Part shown: positions 8,948 through 18,659 of the stretch, piece by piece
Layout: each line of letters begins with the position of its first letter
Position numbering within the stretch: position 1 is the first letter of the stretch
Virus record (IMG/VR): IMGVR_UViG_3300010346_002895
Direction: 5' to 3' (one strand)
Origin: an uncultured virus (IMG/VR IMGVR_UViG_3300010346_002895)
Lineage: Duplodnaviria > Heunggongvirae > Uroviricota > Caudoviricetes
DNA: 59,169 nucleotides
The notes under the pieces: model-generated
What the model was told of the DNA's origin: nothing
The model's database searches: none
Seen by the model: the letters and a program-made list of their open reading frames with translations, nothing else
Position numbers and translations under genes: made by a program

Positions 8948-10375
8948 TTATACTTTATTCATATCAATATTAAATCCTACTTGCTTCATCTCTTTGGCAA
9001 GAGTAAACTTCCATGCGCCTCCAGAATCCATCGGCACATAGACAACACCATCGTAGTCAGACGGCAATTCAACGCCTTCTTCATAAATAATACATACTCT
9101 TTCCCGGCCAATCTTTCCGACAAAAAAACCCATTTCAAAAATTACATTCTGCCTGGCTCTCGGAATAAGTCTCTCTTCACCTTTTGCCCTGCCTTCGTCA
9201 TCAGATGTCAGCAATACAATCGCATAGCCCACATTGGAGTATGTTTCAAACTTCTCAATTATCGTTTTTCCAGATGAAGGCTGTTCGTGGAGAATGATGG
9301 CTTCCAGTCCAAGTTTCTCAATAAACCTAGCAACAGTCTCTTTAACTTCTTTATTGTGTCCATGAACAATAAATATCTTTTCACCCAGCAACTTACTGGA
9401 TTTGACGTTGCTACCCATGTCAGACTTATCACCATCCTTTTTTACTATTCTATCTTCGCTTTTTGCGATCTCTATTTTCCTACGTGCTTTGAGTTTTATT
9501 GTCATCAGTTCATCTTTCAGTCTTGTTTGAGGGCCTTTAACACGATTGCCCTCGCCACGTGAAAAAAGATCGCGCTCGATTTGTTTCTCACCAGCTTTCC
9601 CTCTTTTTTCTATATAACCCTGTATTTCCTGAATTAGCCATTCAGATACAGCATCGTCAATGCAGCCTCTTTTGTTTCGGATCAAATCTATAAGTATATC
9701 AACTCGGGAAAGCACCTCTTTCTCTATATCTTCGGCAACTTGAAGAGCAGGATTCCTATTATCTGGCTGTTTTTCCGCAATCCTTTTCCTGTCTTTTGTT
9801 ATATTTTCCTTTATCTCACCAGTTTTCATATCCACTAATTTTAGAATTTCTCTTTTATCATCGTCTGAAAGAATATCCTTCCTGTTTTGCTCATCCATAA
9901 TTAAGCTGTCACTTACATTCTCACTCTCAGAAAGGACTGTTTCTTTTTTTACAATCTCTACATCTCTTCTCATGCCTTGTTTTAGCAGGTTCGCTCTATC
10001 TCTTATCTTTTCTTTTAAATATTCCGAGTCCGTAGTGCCTTCACCAAATCGTTCTTCGATTTGGTTCTGTTCGGACTTTAGTTTTAAATCAATGTGTTCT
10101 TCAACAAGGTTGACGATCCAACCGAAATCAGAATCCTCTAACGATCTTTTTTTCTGAACTGATTTGTTCTTAGCTATTTCTAAAAGGGTATTAACTTCAT
10201 AGTTTATAACTTCCTCAAACTGTTCACGCGAGACTTCAAAATACACGTCTCGACCTATCATTCCTCTTTGAGCTGGTAAAAGCGTTTTTCTCTCTTCTGC
10301 TATTTTATCGCATTTTTTACCAACTTTTAACTTTAGAAGCTGGACAATCTCGTTTTTCTCATCATCGGTAAGCAT
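8948..10375 (-). CDS. TIR-domain nucleotide-binding protein (CAP12/Pycsar-type TIR) with a tandemly duplicated helical N-terminal region
   Basis: KIFIVHGH, IILHEQ..GKTIIEKFE, RARQNVIFEMGFF, LPSDYDG; likely start ATG 10375, 13 bp after the brxL stop. Confidence 0.85.
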   Translation of the reverse strand: MLTDDEKNEIVQLLKLKVGKKCDKIAEERKTLLPAQRGMIGRDVYFEVSREQFEEVINYEVNTLLEIAKNKSVQKKRSLEDSDFGWIVNLVEEHIDLKLKSEQNQIEERFGEGTTDSEYLKEKIRDRANLLKQGMRRDVEIVKKETVLSESENVSDSLIMDEQNRKDILSDDDKREILKLVDMKTGEIKENITKDRKRIAEKQPDNRNPALQVAEDIEKEVLSRVDILIDLIRNKRGCIDDAVSEWLIQEIQGYIEKRGKAGEKQIERDLFSRGEGNRVKGPQTRLKDELMTIKLKARRKIEIAKSEDRIVKKDGDKSDMGSNVKSSKLLGEKIFIVHGHNKEVKETVARFIEKLGLEAIILHEQPSSGKTIIEKFETYSNVGYAIVLLTSDDEGRAKGEERLIPRARQNVIFEMGFFVGKIGRERVCIIYEEGVELPSDYDGVVYVPMDSGGAWKFTLAKEMKQVGFNIDMNKV

Positions 10376-10388
10376 ATCGAACGCGCTC

Positions 10389-12428
10389 TCACTCCACGCC
10401 AAAAGCTTTGAAAACGGCATCCTTCGGGTCGGAATAAAACGAGGTCTGGAACTTGGCAAAGAGTTCCCCCGGAACAGTTGGTATATCGCTCACGCTGGAC
10501 ATCGGCAACAGGATTCTTTTCGCCCCGGCATCAAACGCCACCTGTAAGCACCCTGCAAGGTTCTCCACGGGCACAATGCTCCCGCCAAGACTCATATCCC
10601 CAAGAACAACGATCTGACTCTGTAATGACTTTCCCATCAATCCTGAACACAACGCCACAAATGCCGCCAGCGTCATGCCGTGCGCCGGGCCTGTGTTATG
10701 AAGCTCAACGATGTGAAGATGGTAATCGTGATCCAGGGCCTTCGCCGATGCGCTGACTCCCGACACGTTTGCCTTAAAATAATCGTAGGCTATCCTGAGA
10801 GGTTCTTTTGCTTTCTGGTTTGAACCGACCCCGGATGTCGTCAGCTTCCCGTTTCCGGCCGTCACTTGTACCTCGAACCTGTACAACCCCAAATTTGCGC
10901 TGGAGCCCACCGCCACCGTATGCAGCGTCCCCGGATCGAGCGGCCCTTCCGGTATCAATGAACCGCCGCCCTGTTCCGGCACACTGACAAACCGTTCTTC
11001 CGTGCTCTCATTGTCTATATAGCTGAAATGGACGTTGTAGAACTCCATCCCGCCGATCTTCTTCAACTGCTCTTTAACCCTGCGCCTGACCTCCATTGCA
11101 TACGTCAGGCACTTTCGTACATCCTCTTTATCAAACTCACCATGCGGGAACAGCAGCTTTATCAACCCTGAGACCGTGTGCTTCACGGCGATAACATCTC
11201 TCTGATTCAGGTTGTTTCCGAACCTGAAATACTTGTCTATCGCATCCGAGTGAGTCTGCTTCCGCATCTCCCGCAGGAACTCAGCCAGATAATCCACGAT
11301 GAATCCATACCTGTTCGTGAAGAACTCCGGCTTCATCTTCGGGATTTCCCATCCCGGCACATAAGCGTGTATCCTGTCAAAGAACGCCGAATCAATCATG
11401 TCCTCCGGGAACGGAGCAAACAGGTGCCCGGTCTTTACCAGCACATCCACGGCCTGATTGATATTCCCAACAAACACCATTGCCGCATTCGCATTTATCA
11501 TGTCCCGGCCGCGTGAAAACGAACCCGAAGCCATGAAGTCTTTCATTATCTGAACACCGTCTTTTTCCTTGTAACTTATTCCCGCAACCTCATCAAACGC
11601 CACCACATCCCAAAGGCCAACCAGTCCGACCTTATGGCTGCTCATGTTGTAGAACAGGTTCGCAACCGTCGTCTGTCCGCCTGACACCAGTATGCTGTTC
11701 GGGCTTATCTCTTTGTAAATGTGACTCTTGCCCGTGCCTCTCGGCCCAAGCTCACACAGGTTGAAATTGTTTTCCACAAGCGGTATCAACCGGGCGATTA
11801 AATGCCACTTAACCCGCTCTTCGAACTGTGTCGGCTCCATCCCGGTTGACCGCAGCAGCACATCAATCCACTGTTCAGTCGTGAATTGCTTGCGGCCTTC
11901 CACAATTTCATTCAGGTCCATGTTCGGCATCTGGATCGGCTTCAGTTCTTCAAGAATGAACGGAGTGCTTTTTTTATTCTCATCGTAAACATAATTCAGC
12001 GAGACAATGCACCAGATGCCGCCTACCAGCAGCTTTTCATATTTCTGGATGGTCTCGCTTCCAACCTCTACTCCCTTGACTCCGAGATTCGACAGCAACG
12101 CCTCATAAACATCCCGTTTCTCATTCAGATGCACCGTCACCTTATCAATGACCCGGTAGCTGCCTTTCTCCTTGATAAGCGACTTCACTTTCTCGGCTTC
12201 ATCCGGGCGCACGTAATTCTCAGCCAGAATCCGTTTTACATTGTTTAAACCGTCTTCTATCGCTTTTTCATCGTCGGAGGCGCAGTACATCCCCAAAAGG
12301 TACTCCAGAACGTAAACCGGGACGTTTGCGCCTTCCTTTATCAGCTTGGTCAGGTCTTTCCTCACGACCCGCCCGGCGAAGTGTTTATTCAACATCACAT
12401 CGAGGTTTTCATGCGCTTCGTTTTCCAT
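10389..12428 (-). CDS. brxL: BREX Lon-protease-like protein BrxL
   Basis: FAGRVVRKDLTK, GANVPVYVLEYLLG, GPRGTGKS, AFDEVA, Lon-like C-terminus; position in the operon. Confidence 0.95.
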   Translation of the reverse strand: MENEAHENLDVMLNKHFAGRVVRKDLTKLIKEGANVPVYVLEYLLGMYCASDDEKAIEDGLNNVKRILAENYVRPDEAEKVKSLIKEKGSYRVIDKVTVHLNEKRDVYEALLSNLGVKGVEVGSETIQKYEKLLVGGIWCIVSLNYVYDENKKSTPFILEELKPIQMPNMDLNEIVEGRKQFTTEQWIDVLLRSTGMEPTQFEERVKWHLIARLIPLVENNFNLCELGPRGTGKSHIYKEISPNSILVSGGQTTVANLFYNMSSHKVGLVGLWDVVAFDEVAGISYKEKDGVQIMKDFMASGSFSRGRDMINANAAMVFVGNINQAVDVLVKTGHLFAPFPEDMIDSAFFDRIHAYVPGWEIPKMKPEFFTNRYGFIVDYLAEFLREMRKQTHSDAIDKYFRFGNNLNQRDVIAVKHTVSGLIKLLFPHGEFDKEDVRKCLTYAMEVRRRVKEQLKKIGGMEFYNVHFSYIDNESTEERFVSVPEQGGGSLIPEGPLDPGTLHTVAVGSSANLGLYRFEVQVTAGNGKLTTSGVGSNQKAKEPLRIAYDYFKANVSGVSASAKALDHDYHLHIVELHNTGPAHGMTLAAFVALCSGLMGKSLQSQIVVLGDMSLGGSIVPVENLAGCLQVAFDAGAKRILLPMSSVSDIPTVPGELFAKFQTSFYSDPKDAVFKAFGVE

Positions 12429-12438
12429 AATGCCCCCG

Positions 12439-15075
12439 CTAAAAATCATTTGATATTGCAATGTCTATGATGATCGGAAACCTCTCGTATTCCGTTTGCG
12501 TATCCGCATTCCTGAGCACAAGATGGTAGTCTTTCTTTCCGCTGTATTTACCCGACAGCAGCGTCAGCTTCGCTTCCTTCTTTCTTTCCTCCATCGAGTC
12601 CGACTGGCTATCGAATGTCAGCGTCTCCTCATTGCTTATGATATTCTCTCCGTCGTAAACAGCAACGGTCAGAATCCGCGGCTTCATCCTGTCGGTAACA
12701 GCCTCGTTCTGAATGAACTCAAACCTGTGTACAGGCGTAACGACTTTTTTGTGCCCTCCCAGTAGCGACACTCCCACCTTGTCTGCAACCGCTTTTTTCG
12801 CTTTCTCACCGTGCAACTCTTTAACCGTGATCACAGGTACAACAATCTCCTGCAACATCGCCCCGCCGTGGATGAATCTGGAGCCTCCGACAAAATGGAA
12901 TTTGTTTGCCCCTTTCGGTATCCAGAATTCCATGTCTCCATCGGCGCCGGCAGTCACCGCTGTTTTCCCATGAAACACTTTCGGCGACTCACCAAGGTTT
13001 GTTCCAAGCAAGTATCGCTTCTTTGCCTTCAGAGTTCCAGTCGGCTTCGTATCCAGTCCGCTCTTGTCTGTCGCCTCCGGCATGGACTGTTGATACAGGA
13101 ATCCGTGATCCGCCGTTATGACGACGTGGTTCCCGTTCAGGTTGTTTATTATGTGGCTGACAAGCTGCGCCAGTTCCTCTATCGTTTTCTCCACTGCCTC
13201 GAAGGTCTCTGTCTCCGTCGCCGCAGAGTCGCCCGTCGAATCTATCCTGTTGTGATAGATGTATATGACCTTCAAATCTTTGACGAACTCCCTGCCTTCA
13301 TCTCTTTTCATTCCGAGCAGGGCATCCGCTTTTATCGCTGTTCCATCCACTCCAGCAAGCACTTTCGCTCTCTGGTCTATGGAACTCGTTCCCATGCCGT
13401 CCACAAGCACATCAGCATTCGCATCCAGTTTGAACGCCAGTTCCTTCTTTGGCAGCAGCGCAGCCATCCCAAGCCCGGTATAACTCGGCAGCACTCCCAT
13501 CTGTGTTTCAAGCTTGGCATCGAACCTGTTCTTGCCGCACAAAACCCTGTAAAGCTCTTCCGCAACCTCGTATCTCAAGGCATCGCTTACGATTACATAA
13601 ACCTTGTTGGTCACGCTTCCCAGAACCCTGCCTACACGCTCATCATAAAAGTCCTTCTGTCTGCTTATTTCCGGCAGCCGCCATGTGTTCAACAAACTTT
13701 TCTCTTCGCCTTTTTCCAGCAGCCCGTTCCACGCAACCGCCATCTGCTCCAGATACCAGTTGCAGTAACACGCCTCCACCGCTTCTCGCATCGGCTTCAG
13801 TCCGTCCTTCAAAAGCAGTTCCACTCTGTCAGCAAAAAAGTTGAACTTCCTGTAAAGCTGATCAAATACAAAAAGCTCTCCAGCGTATGCATCATACATG
13901 CTTTTGGCATCCGGGAAGTCGAAACCGTCCTCATATCGTTTCCTCAGTTCAAAAAGCTCCGCAGCCGCTTCAATTGCCTGATATGCCTGATTGTATGTTT
14001 CAATATTGTCACCATCAGCGGCAAATCTCGGATTCGCCCAGAACCCGTCCCGCCGCTTTTGTATCAGCGTCTTCACCCCGTCTATGCTTTCATACTTACG
14101 GTTCATCACGGTATCACGCAACGAGCGGATCAGCTTGCGTTCAACGGCCTCAAATGTCATGCACTCTGCAAGGTCATTTTCATCCAGCAGATTTATGTGA
14201 TTTTTGATATTGAGTTCTTCGCCGACCTGCTTTGACAGCATCTTGTAAGCGTCGTAGCTCGTAACATTGTTCCGCCACTGTGAGAGGAATACCGATGCGT
14301 TCTGCGCGATAGCCCTGTTCTGCAACTGAAAGTGCTTCAGCGCGAAAGGCAGATCGCCTTTCAGGCTGTTTTCCATGTCCGCCACAAATATTCTGAGCGT
14401 CAGGTTTAGAAGTGTCTTTTCAGCCGGGTTGTACCCGAACTTCTTTGCCATCAGTTCCCAGAACATGTCAGACAGCCCGAACTTTTCAATCTCCTCCCAT
14501 GCCTTCGGCGGCTGGCTCAGATCACAGTCTCCGTCCTTGCAGTATTGCGACAGCAGCTTCATCAGGATGTTGAACGGCTCCGACTGATCCGCTTTTGTTA
14601 TCACGGCCAACATCTTCAGATCAATATCGTCTGCGAGGTCATCCGGCGATACAAACTTCTTCAGCTTCGCAACCCTGTCCTTGTTGGCGCAGAACTCCTG
14701 CCGCTTGCCGATGTGTTCTCGCATGGAGAGGTTGGATAGTTCAAGCTCGTTCAGAATCATCGAGGCCATGTCCGCATAGAACGTCCTGCTGTACAGCCGG
14801 ATGTCCATCAGCCAGTCCGCTTCCGGCTCCGGCTCGGCAAAAGGCGCATACAGCAGATAACGGCCTGTCGTGTCTTCTGTTTCGAGTTTAACCTTCAGCC
14901 CGAATGCGGATTCATCTTTCAGGTTGATGATGCTGACACCTTCAAGCCCAATGAAATGTATGTCGTTCTCAAACTCCCGGTCTTTATCAAACCAGAAAAC
15001 GATCCGCTTGTTTTCCTCTTCGTATATCTTGCGGAGGCTTTCTCTCAGTTTTTCCGACTGTTTACTGTCCATCAT
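12439..15075 (-). CDS. pglZ: BREX-1 phosphatase PglZ
   Basis: RIVFWFD, VIVSDALRYE, LPSYTGLGMAALLP, ITADHGF, FIHGG. Confidence 0.95.
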   Translation of the reverse strand: MMDSKQSEKLRESLRKIYEEENKRIVFWFDKDREFENDIHFIGLEGVSIINLKDESAFGLKVKLETEDTTGRYLLYAPFAEPEPEADWLMDIRLYSRTFYADMASMILNELELSNLSMREHIGKRQEFCANKDRVAKLKKFVSPDDLADDIDLKMLAVITKADQSEPFNILMKLLSQYCKDGDCDLSQPPKAWEEIEKFGLSDMFWELMAKKFGYNPAEKTLLNLTLRIFVADMENSLKGDLPFALKHFQLQNRAIAQNASVFLSQWRNNVTSYDAYKMLSKQVGEELNIKNHINLLDENDLAECMTFEAVERKLIRSLRDTVMNRKYESIDGVKTLIQKRRDGFWANPRFAADGDNIETYNQAYQAIEAAAELFELRKRYEDGFDFPDAKSMYDAYAGELFVFDQLYRKFNFFADRVELLLKDGLKPMREAVEACYCNWYLEQMAVAWNGLLEKGEEKSLLNTWRLPEISRQKDFYDERVGRVLGSVTNKVYVIVSDALRYEVAEELYRVLCGKNRFDAKLETQMGVLPSYTGLGMAALLPKKELAFKLDANADVLVDGMGTSSIDQRAKVLAGVDGTAIKADALLGMKRDEGREFVKDLKVIYIYHNRIDSTGDSAATETETFEAVEKTIEELAQLVSHIINNLNGNHVVITADHGFLYQQSMPEATDKSGLDTKPTGTLKAKKRYLLGTNLGESPKVFHGKTAVTAGADGDMEFWIPKGANKFHFVGGSRFIHGGAMLQEIVVPVITVKELHGEKAKKAVADKVGVSLLGGHKKVVTPVHRFEFIQNEAVTDRMKPRILTVAVYDGENIISNEETLTFDSQSDSMEERKKEAKLTLLSGKYSGKKDYHLVLRNADTQTEYERFPIIIDIAISNDF

Positions 15076-18000
15076 TCCTCCGCCCCCCCGGTAACAACTT
15101 TTACTTCGGCAAGGAGATTTCCAAACTTGCCGTAATTCACCTTCACACCGTCATCGAGGTCTATGGCGATCCGCTTGTCGGCGTAGTGCCTGAGTTCATC
15201 GTCAAAGGCAGAAAGTTCAGCCTGTTTCTTTTTCATGGTTTCAAGCAGCTTTCTGAACTTTGTCTTTGCGGATGTAGATGATACTTTCTCGATTTCTTTT
15301 TCAAGGAAGCCTATTCGAGCATTTATCTTGCCTTGAAGAGGTGTCACATACTCGCTTCTCATACGGGATAGCGTTCCTTCGTTATATCTGTGAAGATACA
15401 CAAGGCACTGAAACGCTTTCTGCTTACCGCTGCTGAACAGCCAGTATATCGGGCGTTTCCGATATGTGCTGAGATGATCCTTGAAAAAACCAGTGCTGAA
15501 ATATCTGCGGATTGTTTCCTCCGGTGTTTCATCCTGTTTTGGCGAGAGGCTGTCCGCCACAAATTTAAGATTTTCATCCAGCGTTTCGGGAGACCACGCC
15601 ACTTTCAGGAACTCAATGAATCTGTTTGTGGCATCATCCGGGAACCAGTCCATGTCCATAACGGGCACGATACCGTCTTCATCGGCAGCGAAGGTTTTAT
15701 ATTTTGAAGCGTCGAAGTTTCTATTGCCGCTTTCTGCGTAAACCAGACCCGGCTGATCGAGGCAGTATCGCCCCATCATGCAGCCGACTGCATAAGAGAT
15801 GAGTTCCTTGATAGTGTCAGTCAGCAGCAACGATTCCAACTCCTTTTCACTCCTATTGCCACCATAACGATAATGCGGATTGCAGGTCAGCGTGATCTCG
15901 GAGAACGGTGTCTCTGGCTTTATTTCGTTAAGCAAACCATAGGCTTCAATTAAAATACGGTTGTTTTCCGTTTCCAATCGTAACATCTCCAAGGCCGTCT
16001 CTTTCCGGTGCTTGTTTAGCAATTTATAGGTTTCCATCAGGGATGGTTTGTAATAATCAGGCTGAAATAGAGGGAAAATGCCAAAGCTACAAGAAGTTTC
16101 ATAAGAATTCCAATCAATCTCAGATATTAAAAGACATCTTTCAACATTGCTTACTACAAGTTGGTCAATTTTGTCTGGAATGTAAGGAAGTGCAAATACA
16201 TCATTAACCGTTGTATTAAGTGTCGGATTTATTGCCTTCAAATAATAATATGCTATAGGTGAATTTAGGAATGCCAGTGCTTTTTCATCACATTTGTATT
16301 TTGAATTAAAAATTGTAGGCGAACCAGAACTATAAAATACGCAATCTCGTTTTATTCTGAAACTTGAAATTGCCGATGTTATCAAAGACCATGTAATTCC
16401 TTCCCTATTCCAGAATTTAGGATTACATAATCCTCCGTTTGAATCATAAAAAGCACGGGCTGAATCAGACCAGTCAACAACATTTGTCTCATTTCCATAA
16501 TACTTCCGAAAATCCCCTCCATTTGCGTATAAAGCCCATCTGTTATTACCAGATTGAATTTCCCAGAAAAAACGAAGGTATTTTTCATTGCCATGTGTTT
16601 TATTTCTGCCCCCAGAGAAAAACCGATCCCCAATTATAGTCTGTTTGAACAAATCAGTTCCTTTTACCCAATATGCAATAGGGCTACCGGGGATTTTGGG
16701 AAAATCCTCTGGAGTCGCCTCATAAAACCATCCACAAGCTCTATTCCTTATTGCATCCAAAGTCTTCGGAGCTTGGTTGTCTGCCCCTTTGAAATCAGAG
16801 AGCCTAATAAAGCAAGATTTGTGACGATCTACTTTTTCATTCGCTATCGTGAAAGTACATATTGGAACTGTCGCTCCTTCAAAACCGGAATATTCTAACT
16901 GGATCAAGCTGGTGATTGTTGCATCTTTAATCAGCTTGTTTCTAAGATTCTCGTAAGAGGCTATGAACATCCATACAAATGGAGACATGAATCCAAGATT
17001 GCCAGTATATTTTGCAAATATCGTGTTTCTCACAATAAAGGATGAAAACAAATCTTTCTCGAATCCGTCGTAATTGTCTTTCAAAAAATCTTTCAGCGCT
17101 GGATTGAGGTATTTGTTTCCCATATATGGCGGATTTGCAACAACATTGCAGTATTTACCTGATAGAATCGCAGACTGTCTCACAAAAGGCATCAGAGTAT
17201 CAGCAGCCTTGTCAGCAAACAAATCACCGCTGCCACATATTGCTACTGCTGTTTTTTCAAGTAAAGGTAAGACACCCGATACATCATCAGGAATCTTTAT
17301 AAGGGAACCGAAAGTCTTTCCATTTTCAAAAAGCTCAAATAGTTTATATATCTTGTCTCTTGACACTGACGGCTTGTGTTCTTCGGCAAGCGTCTGCTGC
17401 CGCTCAGTTTCCGGGAATAACTCGTTGTTGTCCACAAGCCTCTGTCGTCTTGGTTTCAGCAGCACATCGGCAATTTCTTTGGCATCAATGCCGTCGCTGC
17501 TCTGTATCGAAAGCACATTCAGCCTGACCGGATCGCCGCCGTTCAGAACACTTCTGTCATCCGCTCTCGCTTTCATCATCAGGGCGAACCCGGCAAGCTG
17601 CGCCGCCCGATCATCTATGTCCAGTCCGAAAAGGTTCTTCTCCAGTATCAGCTTCGGTATGTCCCGCAGTCTGTATCCACGTTCAAGATAGATTTCCTTC
17701 AACAGGTCATAAGCTTCCACAAGGATGTGTCCCGAACCGCAAGCCGGATCGAGTACGGTAATCTCTTCTGGGTGAAGTTCTTTCGGCGTTATCACCGCAA
17801 GCTGTTTCTTTGCCTCGTCCGTCTGTTCCGCTTGCTCGATGTAATACTCCATCTTAGCCTTGAGAGGCGAGTGCGGGTATGTCATCAGCCACTGCCGCCC
17901 GATGGTATTCTGAACCAGATATTTTACAATCCACTTGGGCGTAAATAACTGAGTCGCAGCCGGGATGTCCTCACTCTTTACAACTTTGCCGATAACTTCA

Positions 18001-18659
18001 TCTTTTTTCTCCGAGATGTAGAACTGGTAAATCCAGCCGATGATCTCGACTTCCCGCCATTCGGATTCGTCTATGTCCGACACCAGTTTCCGAATCAGAG
18101 AATCCGTGTGCAGGAGATTTCCCGGCATCAGAAGTTCGGTTTCATCGTCAATCCGCTCGAACAGAAACGGCATCGCATGATTGAGAGCGTTGCACTGCGC
18201 CACGAGCAACATCCTGTAAAGTTCCTCATCCTTGCCGCCGTGCAGCTTCAGATCAATAGCAACATCCTTTTTCAGCCCAGGCAGTTCGACATCAGCAGCC
18301 TTTTCCAAAATCTCCGGTATCAGCCCACCGTCCGGATGACTTAAAACCCTGAACCCGTGATTCAGATATCCGTGAATCTCCATATATCGAAGAGCCACAA
18401 ACCTGTTGAACCATGTATATGCTGCGGCTTCCATGACCTGCTCGAATCCGTTCCGTTTTGTGCGCTCCTCCAGCTTCCGCCGCTGCTCTTTAATCTTCGC
18501 CGGGAACTCCTTTCCGCCGATGAATGCAATCTCGCCCCGAACCTCCACAGGCTCAATCCTGTCTTTTGACAACCCGTAAAACCCGGCTCTCTCCGTTACC
18601 GCCTGTATGAACTCCCGTCGTGCCTTGGGAGCGTATGCTTTCAGTTGAGCAGTGTTCAT
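15072..18659 (-). CDS. pglX: BREX-1 adenine methyltransferase PglX
   Basis: AYTWFNR, IPAATQLFTP, LDPACGSGH, ANPPY, KRPIYW, LDDGVKVNY. Confidence 0.95.
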   Translation of the reverse strand: MNTAQLKAYAPKARREFIQAVTERAGFYGLSKDRIEPVEVRGEIAFIGGKEFPAKIKEQRRKLEERTKRNGFEQVMEAAAYTWFNRFVALRYMEIHGYLNHGFRVLSHPDGGLIPEILEKAADVELPGLKKDVAIDLKLHGGKDEELYRMLLVAQCNALNHAMPFLFERIDDETELLMPGNLLHTDSLIRKLVSDIDESEWREVEIIGWIYQFYISEKKDEVIGKVVKSEDIPAATQLFTPKWIVKYLVQNTIGRQWLMTYPHSPLKAKMEYYIEQAEQTDEAKKQLAVITPKELHPEEITVLDPACGSGHILVEAYDLLKEIYLERGYRLRDIPKLILEKNLFGLDIDDRAAQLAGFALMMKARADDRSVLNGGDPVRLNVLSIQSSDGIDAKEIADVLLKPRRQRLVDNNELFPETERQQTLAEEHKPSVSRDKIYKLFELFENGKTFGSLIKIPDDVSGVLPLLEKTAVAICGSGDLFADKAADTLMPFVRQSAILSGKYCNVVANPPYMGNKYLNPALKDFLKDNYDGFEKDLFSSFIVRNTIFAKYTGNLGFMSPFVWMFIASYENLRNKLIKDATITSLIQLEYSGFEGATVPICTFTIANEKVDRHKSCFIRLSDFKGADNQAPKTLDAIRNRACGWFYEATPEDFPKIPGSPIAYWVKGTDLFKQTIIGDRFFSGGRNKTHGNEKYLRFFWEIQSGNNRWALYANGGDFRKYYGNETNVVDWSDSARAFYDSNGGLCNPKFWNREGITWSLITSAISSFRIKRDCVFYSSGSPTIFNSKYKCDEKALAFLNSPIAYYYLKAINPTLNTTVNDVFALPYIPDKIDQLVVSNVERCLLISEIDWNSYETSCSFGIFPLFQPDYYKPSLMETYKLLNKHRKETALEMLRLETENNRILIEAYGLLNEIKPETPFSEITLTCNPHYRYGGNRSEKELESLLLTDTIKELISYAVGCMMGRYCLDQPGLVYAESGNRNFDASKYKTFAADEDGIVPVMDMDWFPDDATNRFIEFLKVAWSPETLDENLKFVADSLSPKQDETPEETIRRYFSTGFFKDHLSTYRKRPIYWLFSSGKQKAFQCLVYLHRYNEGTLSRMRSEYVTPLQGKINARIGFLEKEIEKVSSTSAKTKFRKLLETMKKKQAELSAFDDELRHYADKRIAIDLDDGVKVNYGKFGNLLAEVKVVTGGAEE

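Noticed and set aside
12811..14235. Long antisense ORFs (also 41893-43200, 35572-36690, 51129-52322)
   Set aside because: Shadow frames of well-supported genes with no recognisable motifs
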